From Rhizodiscina lignyota (lineage: Eukaryota), in NCBI GenBank assembly GCA_010015805.1, contig ML978129.1:372001-436000 (forward strand): 64,000 nt of DNA. The letters run 5' to 3'. Under the pieces are notes generated by a model. It made no database searches. It was given only the letters and a program-made list of their open reading frames with translations, and was not told the origin of the DNA. The position numbers and the translations under genes were made by a program. Each line of letters begins with the position of its first letter. Position 1 is the first letter of the stretch. Of this stretch, positions 33,889 through 45,777 are shown piece by piece.

Positions 33889-35745
33889 ATGGACGCCCCA
33901 CAAACCCCGGACAGACGACCCGCTCTCTCTAATCGAGCTGTGAACTCCACCCTCCCTCTCGACTCCTTCGATACCCCAGATTCGCAGCGTTCGACCTATT
34001 TTGACTCTGAAATCTGGGACCAGAATTCTCCACGTGTAAATGATGGGCCGATCTCGCCGTTCACTCCACCAACGACTGTTGACTCGAAGCCCTCCCCTCC
34101 CTCGCGAGTCGGGCACTCTGGCGAAGACGAAGACGTCCGAGTGCGACAAATTAAGCCTGAACCCGAAGATAACGATATAAATCAATTCATAGAGAGCGAA
34201 AATACCTGCGACAAATCGGAGAACCCCAAGAAGAGTGCTTTTGTATCGAATGCGACCGACGCCGATTGGAGGAACGCTTTCGAGACACCATCGAAGTCTT
34301 CCGGAGCCAGCTATCGTAACTTACGCAGCACAAAGCAAAGGCAAGCTGCCGTTTTTGGATTGAGTAGTGCAAGCGGCTCAAGGGGATCGCCCTCACCGAT
34401 AGGCAGATCTACGTTGACGAGGACCTGGAACCCGACCATTGGGTTAAAATTCGCCGACAAAGAAGTCAGCACTGTGCAGAGCGACGCTTCGACAACGGTA
34501 GAAAGTGAGCATGTCACGGCAAACATTGAGTTTTCAGTTGTGGAAACCAGTAACGCCAATTTCGAACAACAAATAGAGATTCCGCTAAGTATTTTCGAAA
34601 TTGACCTGATAAAGATTCTACCCCCTGAGTTCAACAAGAGGCTCTATGAAAGGTCAAACAAATGTTGTGCTTCGAAGGTCGACAAAATTCGTCGACGATG
34701 CAAAAGGCCAGTCTGCAGTGACACGGAAATCTGCGATTCGCAACTGGAAAGCCTCTCATCCTCCGAGCCACTTTTGGATATTCCCAGAACGCTGAGCACG
34801 GTCCGAAGTCTTGTCCACGCCACGTTCTGTAATGGACGTAAGGGACACAAGCGCATTGCGGAGGAGTTGCTCAACAAGCTGGAAGTAGAGCTGGAAAGGC
34901 TTCGTAATGCATGGCCAAAGGATCCAAATGAACTTGAACTCATGAATGGAAAGCTCGACAGGAATTTAGAGACTTTCAGTCTGTGGATCAAGACTCTGTC
35001 TGGGACATATGTCCACACAAAAGTAGGGGTTACCGAATCGATCCAGGAAGCGACAGTCAGAGATGAAGACTCTGGCACAGAGTCCAAGGCCTCGATTTCG
35101 TCAGCAGTGAGATTCGCGCAGAGTATCTCTGTATCAGCAGACTCTGGACATCCTGCCGCGTCCAGGAACGCCTCTGGAGACCAGCGATCTGAACCAAAAC
35201 TAACTGCGTCCGTTAAATCGTATATCCAGAAGTTCGAGCGGTACTCCACGAAAGAAACGCGCCAGTACGCTCCGAGTGAGCTTGTATTGCGAAGAATACT
35301 CGCGCCACTGTCGAAGACGGAACTCAAGAGCGGGACTATATATATGTATTGGTTCCCGCCAAACTTCGGACTCGTCAAGATCGGCGTGACAAGGAGGAAG
35401 GCAGAGAAGCGAATAAGCGAGTGGGAGAAAGTGTGTGAGCACCGTATTGAAGATTGTATGAAAGAGACGCCATTCGAACATGTACAGCACGCTCGACGAG
35501 TTGAGAAGCTCATTCATGCTGAATTACAAGAATTCCGGAGACAAGCGACTTGTAGAGGTTGTGGTAGGAATCATCGGGAGTGGTTTGACACGCATAAGGC
35601 CGAGGGCGTGATTAGAAAGTGGTTGGCATGGATCACAACGGCTCCGTATGAAGAAGTAGTCGGGCCAGAAGGAGAGAAGCATTGGCGCCTGAGAGCTTCG
35701 CTCTCGGTGAAGGCGTTGGAGCATATAGTACCTGTCAAGGCATAG
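33889..35745 (+). CDS. T5orf172/Mug113 (GIY-YIG-like) domain protein with a long disordered N-terminus
   Basis: GTIYMY...GLVKIGVT...EKRISEWEKVC...HARRVEKLIHAEL...CRGCGRNHREWFD. Intronless, 618 aa. Confidence 0.85.
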   Translation: MDAPQTPDRRPALSNRAVNSTLPLDSFDTPDSQRSTYFDSEIWDQNSPRVNDGPISPFTPPTTVDSKPSPPSRVGHSGEDEDVRVRQIKPEPEDNDINQFIESENTCDKSENPKKSAFVSNATDADWRNAFETPSKSSGASYRNLRSTKQRQAAVFGLSSASGSRGSPSPIGRSTLTRTWNPTIGLKFADKEVSTVQSDASTTVESEHVTANIEFSVVETSNANFEQQIEIPLSIFEIDLIKILPPEFNKRLYERSNKCCASKVDKIRRRCKRPVCSDTEICDSQLESLSSSEPLLDIPRTLSTVRSLVHATFCNGRKGHKRIAEELLNKLEVELERLRNAWPKDPNELELMNGKLDRNLETFSLWIKTLSGTYVHTKVGVTESIQEATVRDEDSGTESKASISSAVRFAQSISVSADSGHPAASRNASGDQRSEPKLTASVKSYIQKFERYSTKETRQYAPSELVLRRILAPLSKTELKSGTIYMYWFPPNFGLVKIGVTRRKAEKRISEWEKVCEHRIEDCMKETPFEHVQHARRVEKLIHAELQEFRRQATCRGCGRNHREWFDTHKAEGVIRKWLAWITTAPYEEVVGPEGEKHWRLRASLSVKALEHIVPVKA

Positions 35746-36457
35746 CTTTTTCGTTAAAGGCAGACAACCCATCTGAGTTCGATCGGTTTTGCTCGATGGT
35801 GACAAACCAGCGCCTCATTCTCAAGTTTCCCCTTGGCCGAATTCGCGCCAGATCCACCAAAGGGCGTGAGAAATTAAGAAGCGACCAGCTATGACGTCGA
35901 CTGCAAGTTATCTAGCAATTTGAAAGCTGGACGAAAGGATGTTGGTTTCTGCTTTGACATCGGTTCAACAAATCGTCCGCCTCAGAAGCCCCCTGACGAA
36001 GTGTTTTCACATTAGTAATGCTCCATGAAGGGTTAGGACTACGATAGGGAGCGGACAAAGGGTGAGAGACGAGGAGAAGGAGAGCCCACTGGAAGCCGAG
36101 AATCTCGACTTGGCAGTCGAGGAAGTCGTTAGGCTGCGGAGACATCACGATCGTGTTGCTTGAAACGCGTGTTGAAAGAATGAGGAGATTCTTCCCCGGG
36201 ATGCGTCTCCGCACCTGATTGCTTGGACCCTCCACGAACCGGCAGCACCGAAAAGTCGGCGACGTTCATTTATAATGCACTTTCTTTGTAACACTGCAAG
36301 TTCGCAAGACCATCAAGCTCGCAAGATTGTCAAAATCACATGTAGGGCGCGTTGGTTGTAGTCTGCGCGTGAATATAAAAGTCGCTTTCGAAGTGACGAT
36401 GAGCTGGTTCAATTGAACACAAGCTTTGTGGAAGAGGTTTGAATTGAACTCCACATC

Positions 36458-37572
36458 ATGTCGAAGCTCATCGTTGTCGTTGGCATCACGGGATCACAGG
36501 TAAATCCCCCCAAAAAATCTCAAGCAATTGGCGAATACACAGTCTGGAAAGGATGCTGATTGCTCCCAGGGCGGCTCCGTAGCCCGCACATTTCTCGACC
36601 TGCCCGGCTGGCGTGTCCGCGGCATCACACGTAACCCCTCAAGCGCAGCAGCGCAGGACTTTGCAGCAAAAGGCGCGGAAATCGTCAAAGGAGAGCTCGA
36701 TGACAAGGCGTCTCTAGTCGCCGCCTTCACCGGCGCCAATGCCATCTTCGCCGTCACGGACTTCTGGGCGCACTTCGGCAACGCGGACAACGCGGCCAAG
36801 GCAGAGGCAGCCGGCAAGACGATCAACGAGTATGCATACGACCTCGAAGTCGTGCAGGGAATCAACATGGCGGAGGCGGCGGCGAGCCCCGAGGTGTTCA
36901 AGACGCTCGAGCGCTTCGTGTTCTCGAGCCTGGCCGAAGTGAGGAAGTGGACTGGAGGCAAGTACAAGTGGGTGTGGCACTTCGACTCCAAGGCCGAGAT
37001 TGTGAACTACATCAAGGAGAAGCTGCCGGAGCTGGATGCGCGCAGCTCGTTCGTGCAGATCGGGCACTATATGACGAACTGGAAGTTGTTCCCCGCGATG
37101 GCACCCCAGAAGCAGCCCGATGGGAGCTTCCTTGTCCAGAAGCCCGAAGCACCAGAATGCCTCATCCCTTGGGTAGCAACGGAGAGGGACACCGGTGCTT
37201 TCGTCAAGGCCCTGGTGGAAATGCCAGCCGGCAAGCAGATCATTGGTGTGTCGGAATACATGACATGGCCAGAGTGGACGAAGCTGTGGGGTCGCGTCCT
37301 CGGTGTTGAAGCCAAGTTCGTGCAACTGCCAATGGATCAGTTCCTCAGCGATGTGCCTGAAGTGCTGAAGAGGGAGTTGTACGAAAGCTTCGCGTTCAAT
37401 GCAGAGTTCGGATGGACTGGAGGCGATCCGGACGTGTTGAAACCAACTGACGTAAGTCTCATGTAATGCTTCTTGAGAGAAATCTGCTAACACAATTTAG
37501 CTTCCTGTTAAGATTCCCCTCACTTCAGTGGAAGACTATATCAGGAGCGAAGATTGGTCGTCGATCATGTAG
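36458..37572 (+). CDS. NmrA/HSCARG-like atypical SDR
   Basis: MSKLIVVVGITGSQ|GGSVA across an intron, VRGITRNPSS, AIFAVTDFW, FVFSSL, WHFDSKA. Last exon LPVKIPLTSVEDYIRSEDWSSIM*. Confidence 0.92.
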
Positions 37573-38327
37573 TTGGTTGGCGATAACATTTGATGTGTAC
37601 GAAATATTAGCGTGAATGTATCAATTGTGTTCAGCTTTTCAATCTAGTTTCATTTTCACCTGCACGCTACGATAAAGTATTAGCCCGAACGAGATAATCA
37701 TCTGAAGGTTAGGGATGTGACATGAAATGAGCATTGTGATCAAGTTTAGATTGAAACGAGTGTCTCACGCCCCCAGCTCGCATTCAACGTAGAGGAGCAG
37801 CGGTCTTGCAAGTTAAATATATCATATCTCTGTTCAAGACTAAGACGTACAAAGGAGCCAACTTCTTCAGCGATTGCGAGGAGATCAAATCTCCAACTCC
37901 CAGTCTTGACAGTAGACAAGCGTCTCGACTGACCCAACGTCGTCTCAACTAAAAGCGGGTTAAACCAACAAACGACATCAACAAAGCGAAGTTTTGGTAT
38001 CCAATAATACGAAGCGAAATCCAACCCCCTTTTGAGGAAGAAAATAGAAAAATCAACCCGAAATCGAAGTAAATCTCGAAACTTCGGTCCCCAAAGCGTA
38101 GATTAAATATACAGTGAAATCTCAAAAGATGAGCGAAATCGAAAAATCAGGCGGGACGTCAGTACATCGCTAAAAGCTTTCCAACCCCCACATGGTTCTT
38201 TTTAAATCAATGATGAAAAAGGAAATGCTGTCTGTGTCGGAGTCGAGTTTGTCGAAAATGAGATCGCTCATCCACACCAGAATAGACAGCCGTCCAGCTC
38301 TTTCAATTACAATTCAAGATGCATCAA

Positions 38328-41300
38328 TCAAACGTCGACGGTAGCCTTTCTTCTCCAGAATTTGGTTCCCAGACCACTGCCTCCAGCTCGCTTAGAGGTC
38401 TGACTGCTCTTGCTTCCCATCCTGCCAAGCCCAGGCCCCTCAGAGCCTATCAGCTTCGCTGCCTTGCTACCTGGAGGGGGTCCATCACTGGAGCTCCCAC
38501 CTCCAGGTGGTCCACTACTGCGCAAGAAATCAGCTAGATCGTTCGTCGTCTGGTGCTGCTCCGTTCTTGCCGCTTTGGCCACACCGGCTCTGGCCCGAAC
38601 GCTCCCTGTTGGAGTGGAGGGCGCAGAGACAGACGCGCCATTCGCGCCAGAGGGATTGTTGCTATTGCTCCTGCTCCGGCTGGCGCCGTTAGCACTGCCG
38701 TTAGCACTGCCATTCGCTTGCCTGCCCCCACCGACGCCAACCGTCAGCGCCTGTGGCGCATTATTGCTGGGCGGTTCCGTGTTCCGCAAGAAGTCTACAA
38801 GGCTCTCTTCTTCTCGGGCACGCTGTGGGCGGTGTGCGCCCGGTAGCGCGGTGAGCAAGTCCTCGTCCTCGTCGTCCATGTCGATGGCGTACGGATCTTT
38901 GACCCTACGACGCGTCTTCTTGGGGATTCCTCCATCTGAGTTTCCACCCATCCCGGAGCCAAGAAGAGCGGTACGTGAGTTTGTAGACGGAGCGTTCGAG
39001 TTGCGCGTCGAGCTGGTCATGTCATCGCTATCGAACGTATTACGCTGATTGTTGTTGAAAGGCGCTACGACTCTCGGATTCGGTTGGTTCAAGGGTCCAC
39101 CTGCGCCTGGCGGACCCTGCCTAATAAAATCAATGAGATCCCTATTGCCTTGTTGCTTAACCGCCGGATCGCGAGCCTGCATGTTGCTCTTCCTCTTTCC
39201 TCCTGAGCTCGACGGAGCCGTGGCAGCTGCTCCTGTCGACACGAGGGCATCGGTGCTTCCGCCTGAAAACCTGTTAGCGCCACCTGCAGAGTGCGCCGTA
39301 AAGCTATTCAGCATACTGCCACTTCCGACACTGCCCGCCTGGCGACTGCCACTGCGCGGGATAATCGGCACCACATTCATCTCCTTGTCGGGCCCTGTGG
39401 TGCGAATGAAGTCGGCGAAGTCGCGCATGGACTCTTGCATGACGCGTGGTTCGCGAGCGACGAAGGTCAACTTCTTCTTCTTGGCGGGCTGCTCTGGCGC
39501 GTTAGCGGCCGTCATGTTGGCGGTTGTGCCAGCGCTATCTCTATTCGACGAAGCAGTGCTATCTCTGTCGCGTAAATTCGAGCCGACGGGTTGTGGCCCA
39601 GGTACGCGATTGACAGAGCTTTGGGTATTCTTGCGTGAGTGCGTGGGGGTTGGGATAGTGCGATACGTAACTTGTGTGCTTGAAGGAGTTGGCGTATGCT
39701 TTATGCCTGCAGGTGCAGGAGCTGCACTTGTGGTCGTTTGTCGTGTAGAGTTCGTCGGCTGTGGCACCTCTCTCACAGGAGCAGGCGCAGCAGGTCCAGG
39801 TGTCTGTGATACCGTCTGCCTCTCTGAGGGCGTCGGAGATGGCTTCAGCGTCGTGGTAGGGGTTGCACCAGACTGCGAAAGTCAGCATTTGATTCCTTCA
39901 TGATGGAGTGGGAGAGCAGATAGTAATTGAACAAACCTCATCGGCCACTCTAACAGGCGTTAGTGTGTACTTGACAGTCTCGCTTTCGCCGCTCTTCAGC
40001 AACTCCTCAAAGTCTCGCCTCTTGCTCTCACTACTTGCTCGGTTCGGGTCCACGGGGCGAGGCATCAAGCCACTGGCGTCACCTTCTTTGCCACTGCCAC
40101 CTGTATTTCTTCTCGTACTCCTGGAGCTTGAGGGTCTTGCTTCTGCAGAAGCTGCCGCAGCGGTAGACAATTGTTTGTTCGCTGGCTTCTGCTCATTCAT
40201 ATCAGTCTGGAGGGGTGGCAACGCCTTTGACTTTGAGTTTGCGGATGCAGTGCTTGCACCACTACTCTTGCGCTTGTCGGACCTATCAGGAACTTGTGCG
40301 CTAGCATTGCTGATCGCTTGCAGTGCTGACGTTGTCCTCGGTGGGAACGCTCCTTGCTGTTGAGCAGGGCTTTGATGGCTGCTACCTGGTCTGCTTCCTG
40401 GTCTGCTTGCGCTCTTTGGCGGAGGCTGCAGTGGTCCATCATTGGGTGCGGAGACGAATTGATTTACATTCCTGTGATTAGAGAGACCCGAATCACCTCT
40501 GTGTGCACTTTGTGGTCGTTCCTCAGACGTATCCCGTGGTCCGGATGGTGCAAACGGCGGGTATGTACCGGCTTGGGCCCCATTCACATTCCTCGCTTGC
40601 GGCACCCCTTGCTGTGGCTGCGAAGTAGGCTTTTGTTGATAATCGCCCATCATCTGTCCTTGAATACCCTTTCGATTCTGCTGCGCACTGGTTGCGCTGC
40701 TCTGTGGACTTGGAGTTCGAGGCGCAGGGATCGCATGGTCCGAACTAAGGGCAAATCCAATCGCAGATGAATCATACTCGTCTGTATGCCCGCGAGCCGC
40801 GGTGCTTACTCGATTAGATGCAACACTGGTATACGCCACAGTGCTGAACGGATCATAATCATCGTCGACCATTGGAGTTTTCTGGGCCGCACCGGTCTGA
40901 GGTGCAGGTGCTTGTATCGGCTGCTCTGGAGTCCTCTGCGCTGCTGCCACCGCTTGGAACTCTGTGTCTTTGGGTGGCACCATTGGGGATGGAAAATCCT
41001 TCGGTGGCACTCTCGGGGACATCTGGGATGGCTCATCCTTTGGAGGTACTGCTGGGCCCCTTTCCTCAACGACCTCTTTGTGGGTGTCCATATCGGCCAT
41101 AGAAAGTGCAGCCCCAGCAGCTGCAGCCGCACCGACTGCGGTCGCAGCAGTTGCATCCATGCGCGGCTCCTTCTCAGGCACAGTTACTGCGTCGCTTTCA
41201 ACAGCCGTAGCTGGTGGAATTTCGAACGGTGGCGGATGCTCCTGTGTTGGCGTAGAATCTGGACTCTTCTGAACCTTGAGCGGAGCAGGCAAGGCAGAGA

Positions 41301-43290
41301 GATGCTTGGGTCTTGACATGTCCTCTTCCTCGCCAGCCTCAGCGACAACAGGCATCTCTCCTGTCTTTTCAGTCTGTGCTTCAATGGCACTCTCCTTCGG
41401 TGTCTCTTTGAGTAGCCCTTTAACGTGTCTCTCCGCCGCAATGAGAGCTCTCTCCTGGTCGGTGAGCGGTTTAGGAGCCGGCTTCTCCTCTTCAACCACA
41501 GCGTCATTTGGCTCGACACTAGTACCAGATTCCGCGGCTTGTGATTGTTCATCGAACAACTCTTTGGCACTCTTCTGCTGTGCCAGAGCTTCGGCAGTCT
41601 CCTCCTCTTGCTCTTTCCCTCCACTCTTCTCTGGTGTCTCTTCACCACCCTCCTCTCTTTCTATTTCTCTTTCTCCTTCCCCTTCTTCTTCTTCATCCTC
41701 ATCAGCTTTGCTGCTCCTGCTAACCACAGCTGTGATGGCAGAACCAATTGCAGCAGCAGCGCCAGCAATGAGACCAGACTTCTTCTCAGAATCTTGTGAG
41801 TCGTCCTTCTCCTCATCAATTGCCTCTTCAGTGGCCGCGTGGCTTCCCATGAGGTACTCAAGCCATGTTTTGGACGGTGCCGCGCCAGGTGCGGAGTTCG
41901 ATCTGAGCCTCCGCAGCGTTGGTCTCTCCAGGGGCATTATCAGTTCTGGCTTCTCACTAAAGCTGACTCGTCTCCTAGGCTTCTTCTCAACTTCTTCTTT
42001 CGGCTCCTCGTCTACAATCTCCTTCGCCAAGCCTGGAACTTCAATCTCCTCAACATCGCGGTCGTTTCCAGCCTCTGGCAGGGGAAGGGCAATGTTTGCT
42101 GCCATCTCCAGCTCAGAATGCTCTCGTGTGTCTGGCACTTCCTCATCCTTGCTCTTCTCAACATGGAAGGCCTCGGCATCTGCAACAGCAACGCTAGGTC
42201 TTCTCGAGCCGCCAGCTTCACTTCCGCCCCATGCGGAGCTCTCACCAGCGACGCTTCGTGGACCAAGCGAGCCGAAGCTGCCAAATACGCCCCTTCGACC
42301 GGGAGAGCCTGGGGTATGAGTGCCTCGAGTACGTTTCCGCCAAGTTCGCCAAAGGCGACCGAGAACAGGGCTGAGAGCCACTTTCTCCATGTCCAAATCC
42401 ATCACTACAACCTTGGCATCTGCTGCCTGCTGGGGTGGCCTGCTTCCGGTAGAAGCTCTCTGCTTTCTCGACCTAGTGAAAGCTGCCTGTCCTGCCAAAA
42501 CGATTGTTTGCTCTGCCAAATACTCAATCACTGATGTCAGGAAAATCGCAGCCGCCGGGCTAACGAGACCAAGGTCGGCGATGGTCTCGCTGTCCGTGTC
42601 CCCATTTGCACGCGAAACTTCGGCGGCATCGTGCTTTGCGTGATGAAACTCCTCATCATCGTCCAGGAAGCGATCTTCGTCTTCATCTTCGAGGTCGCCG
42701 AGGCGAGTATACACCATTATTCTTAGCCGGGTACGCTTCCATGTGAGTGCGAGGTTGAAGCCGTTGATGTCGCCATTCGTTGCACCGTTACGCAAGTCTG
42801 CTACACCCTCGGCATCGGCACGAGAGACTGGTCGTGACCCCCCTTCGTCGTCCGTGTCTTCCTCTTCACCATCAAGAAGCTCGCGTAGTTCTTCATCAGC
42901 TGACGCGATTGCTTCTCGGGCCAGTCGCGGCTTGAGCACTTCTGTTATCGCAGGACGCAGCTTCTTGAGCTTGCCACTTCTAGCCGTCGCCAGTATTGAG
43001 AAGAGAGTCTGGTCCAGGAAGGCGTTGAGAAGCCCGAGGGCCTCCTCGCTGAACTGTGCGCCTTCCTTCTCGCCCTCCGCAGCCTCTTGGTTCTGCTGCT
43101 CGTACTCTTCGTTGGCGTGATGGTCATTTACCATCTGCGTCGCCGCAGCGACAGCCACGTAGGCCGGTGGAGGAGTCGGAGTAGCAATGGCGCTGTTGTA
43201 AGGGACGGGCGATGTAACAGACCACCGGTCATTGCTGCATGCGGACCCCGGGCGTGAGGCGTATGGAGAGGCTAGAGTAGGCTGAGGCAT
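38328..43290 (-). CDS. Large, mostly low-complexity protein with a helical (possibly histone-fold-like) N-terminal domain and four DF(I/L)R..(G/E)P motifs
   Basis: The 1130-aa and 482-aa ORFs join via an intron near 39936-39870 (GTTTGT...CTGAC...CAG). N-terminal LLNAFLDQTL...LKPRLAREAI...WKRTRLRIMVYTRLG...AAIFLTSVIEYLAEQ. Function unknown. Confidence 0.8.
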
Positions 43291-45777
43291 GTTGGCAGCT
43301 CAATTCTGAGATGTTCGAGTAGTGATAGTATAGATAAAGACAGAGTGACAGCCAGCTCGCCCTCTCGCCCTCTGTGCGACGAGGTTGGAGAGCCGCAGGA
43401 AGTTTCGTGTTGTGTAACTCGCCGTGCTCGATCGGCCGGAGGTATGGTCAGGGTCCGGGGATGGCGCTGCAAAAAAAGAAATCAGGGTTAGCGGGCCGCA
43501 CGGCGGATGGGGGAGCGATTGCGCAACATTGGGGTCTGGAGAGCAGGTGAGAAGTGAGACGTGTATTCGAGAATTACCTCTGGAGGCAGCTGCGCACAGC
43601 GGAGTGAATGTCTGGGGCTCAAGTAAGACGATGGGGGGCTCGAAGCTGGCGCGGCGATGCGCTGCTTCGCGGAGGAGCAGCGTAGATCGACCTGCGCCGA
43701 AGGGGACGGCTGCCCGCACGACTCCGGCTGGGTGCAGGCTGCAGCGCGGACGCCAATTGCAATTGCAACTCAGCAGAGTATTTGAGTGTAGCTAGAACAG
43801 CGAGGAGCGATAGATGCCCGCTGCTGCTGGGAGGTGAGGTTGGAGGAAGAAGGACGGGCAGCTTGACGGGTGTTCACTAGGCCGACTCTAGCCAACGGCA
43901 TGTGGAGCATGAGGTGATGCTTCTTCTTCAGAGAGAACGACGCCCGTCACTTAGGAGGCGTTCGTGCGCCAGTCCGCTTCGAGGGCGACAGCAACCCACT
44001 GGCCTGCCCAGCAAAGGCAATCGATCGGAGCGTCAGGCGAGAGTTGTCGTGCCTCAGGTGCCCTCAGCTCTCGCGGCGCGGTGATCATCTCTAGCAGCAG
44101 CAAATAGGAGAGCCAGCCTTACACGCACTCACAAGATGCCGTCGACCCCTGCATCTGAGATCTCGGTGTCACTTGGGCGTCGCGATGCTGCGAGTCCCGG
44201 AGGCAGAGCAGACGCAATCTGCCAGCTCATCACCGCCGTCTTCCTCGATGCCTGCTCGAGCGCGCAGCACCGCATGCCCGCACGTTCTCTGCCCTCGCAG
44301 TCCTCCTCGAGCCGTGAGACGACGTCTGCCCCTTTCGGTGCGTGTGCTAGCCCGCACCAAGGGTTTGATAGCTGGGACCCAATGCACCGGGGCGCTCAGC
44401 CCGCTAGGCCGGGTGCAGCTTGGTGCGCATATCAGATTCAGTGCGCATGGCCAGCGAGAAAATTTTATATCGCATTGCATCCAGCATCCATCCGGCTAGG
44501 CCTCCCCGTCCTGCCATTCTCTGCTCCTGCAGCCATTGTTTCGCTCCTATTCTTCCATCATTCATCCGCTTCGGCGCATGAACCGCCCTCGAGCCCATCC
44601 CTCTCGCTCTCCCCACACCCTCCCGAGCGTCGGCAGGCCCAACGGGACAGCATTGCGCGCGAGCAGTAGTGTGGGGGCGGCACAGCGACAGCTCATGATT
44701 CTCTATCGGGCCTTCCAGGGTCTCCGACTGCCATGTCCGTTCGTGTGCGGTCCGGCTCGAGCATGGGGCATTGCCCTTGATGTCGTTTCGACCCTTCGTC
44801 GCCTGTCGCCGCCGTTTCAAGATACGCGATGCATCTGAGACTTTCCCATTGCGTAAACCTCGAGCATTCGCAAAAGTTTGACGCCATCGGAGGCGCTCAG
44901 AAGGGGAAGGAAAGTTCCAAAACCCTTACCTTGCGCTCGACGCAACTCACCACCTTGATATCGGTGCCTGTACGGAGTCATGACGCATCCCAAACCCATG
45001 TTCCAATACATATGCCAAGCATTGCGGAGTGCTGCTAGTGGGCAAGCATGGGCCAGGTTTGCTCATCCAATATGCTCGGTGCTTCCTCACAAAGTCTATC
45101 TTCTAATTCTCACTCTTATCAAGACCGCAGCCATTTGATATGGGCATGTACATAAGCTGCGAAGAGCAACCGCTTACTCACTCGTTGCAGCCGATGCAGC
45201 CAATACAGACGACATCACTTGTCCGGCCGCCTCTCCAGTCGGGCCTGCATGATCGTATTGGCCCTCGAAACCGTTGGATCGGAGAATAAAAGCGTCAGAC
45301 AATGCACCACTCGCGGCTACGGAGTGGCAATGCCGATCCCAGGTCGAGCTAGCGGCGTCTATCATGGCAATCTGAACACCAGATCTATCGACACGCCGTT
45401 TTCAGTCACAATACCTCGTACGGCAATAGCCTCTCCTAGTTCCATAGCTCACACTTCCAACATTTCCAACATTTCCTTGCATTTTTGATGTGCCAGTTGA
45501 GTCACAGGCGGAACAGGATTGACTCGGCAGGGTACCAATCCAAGTCGATAGTGGAGTCCAAGTCTAGCACAAACTAAGATCATCGATATTCTGTACTTCA
45601 TCCACTATGCATAACTCATAAGGCGTATGGCCATCAGCGTGACTTACTTCCATTTCCGGAGGTAAACTTGAGTTCAGTCTCCCCTGAACAAGGGTATCCC
45701 AAAGCCAGACGTCATATGAATATTTCCCCTTGCGCCCGTGACTGTCTTCACCACTCCAGTTTCCGCACGTTGAATAT

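Noticed and set aside
34644..35513. 289-aa minus-strand ORF (likewise 36714-37493, 39049-39903, 41276-42319 and 60852-61646)
   Set aside because: These lie antisense to well-supported genes and have non-protein-like composition.
29535..37572. Starship or other transposon carrying the NLR block
   Set aside because: No tyrosine recombinase, transposase, terminal repeats, target-site duplication or RIP-like AT-rich tract was seen.
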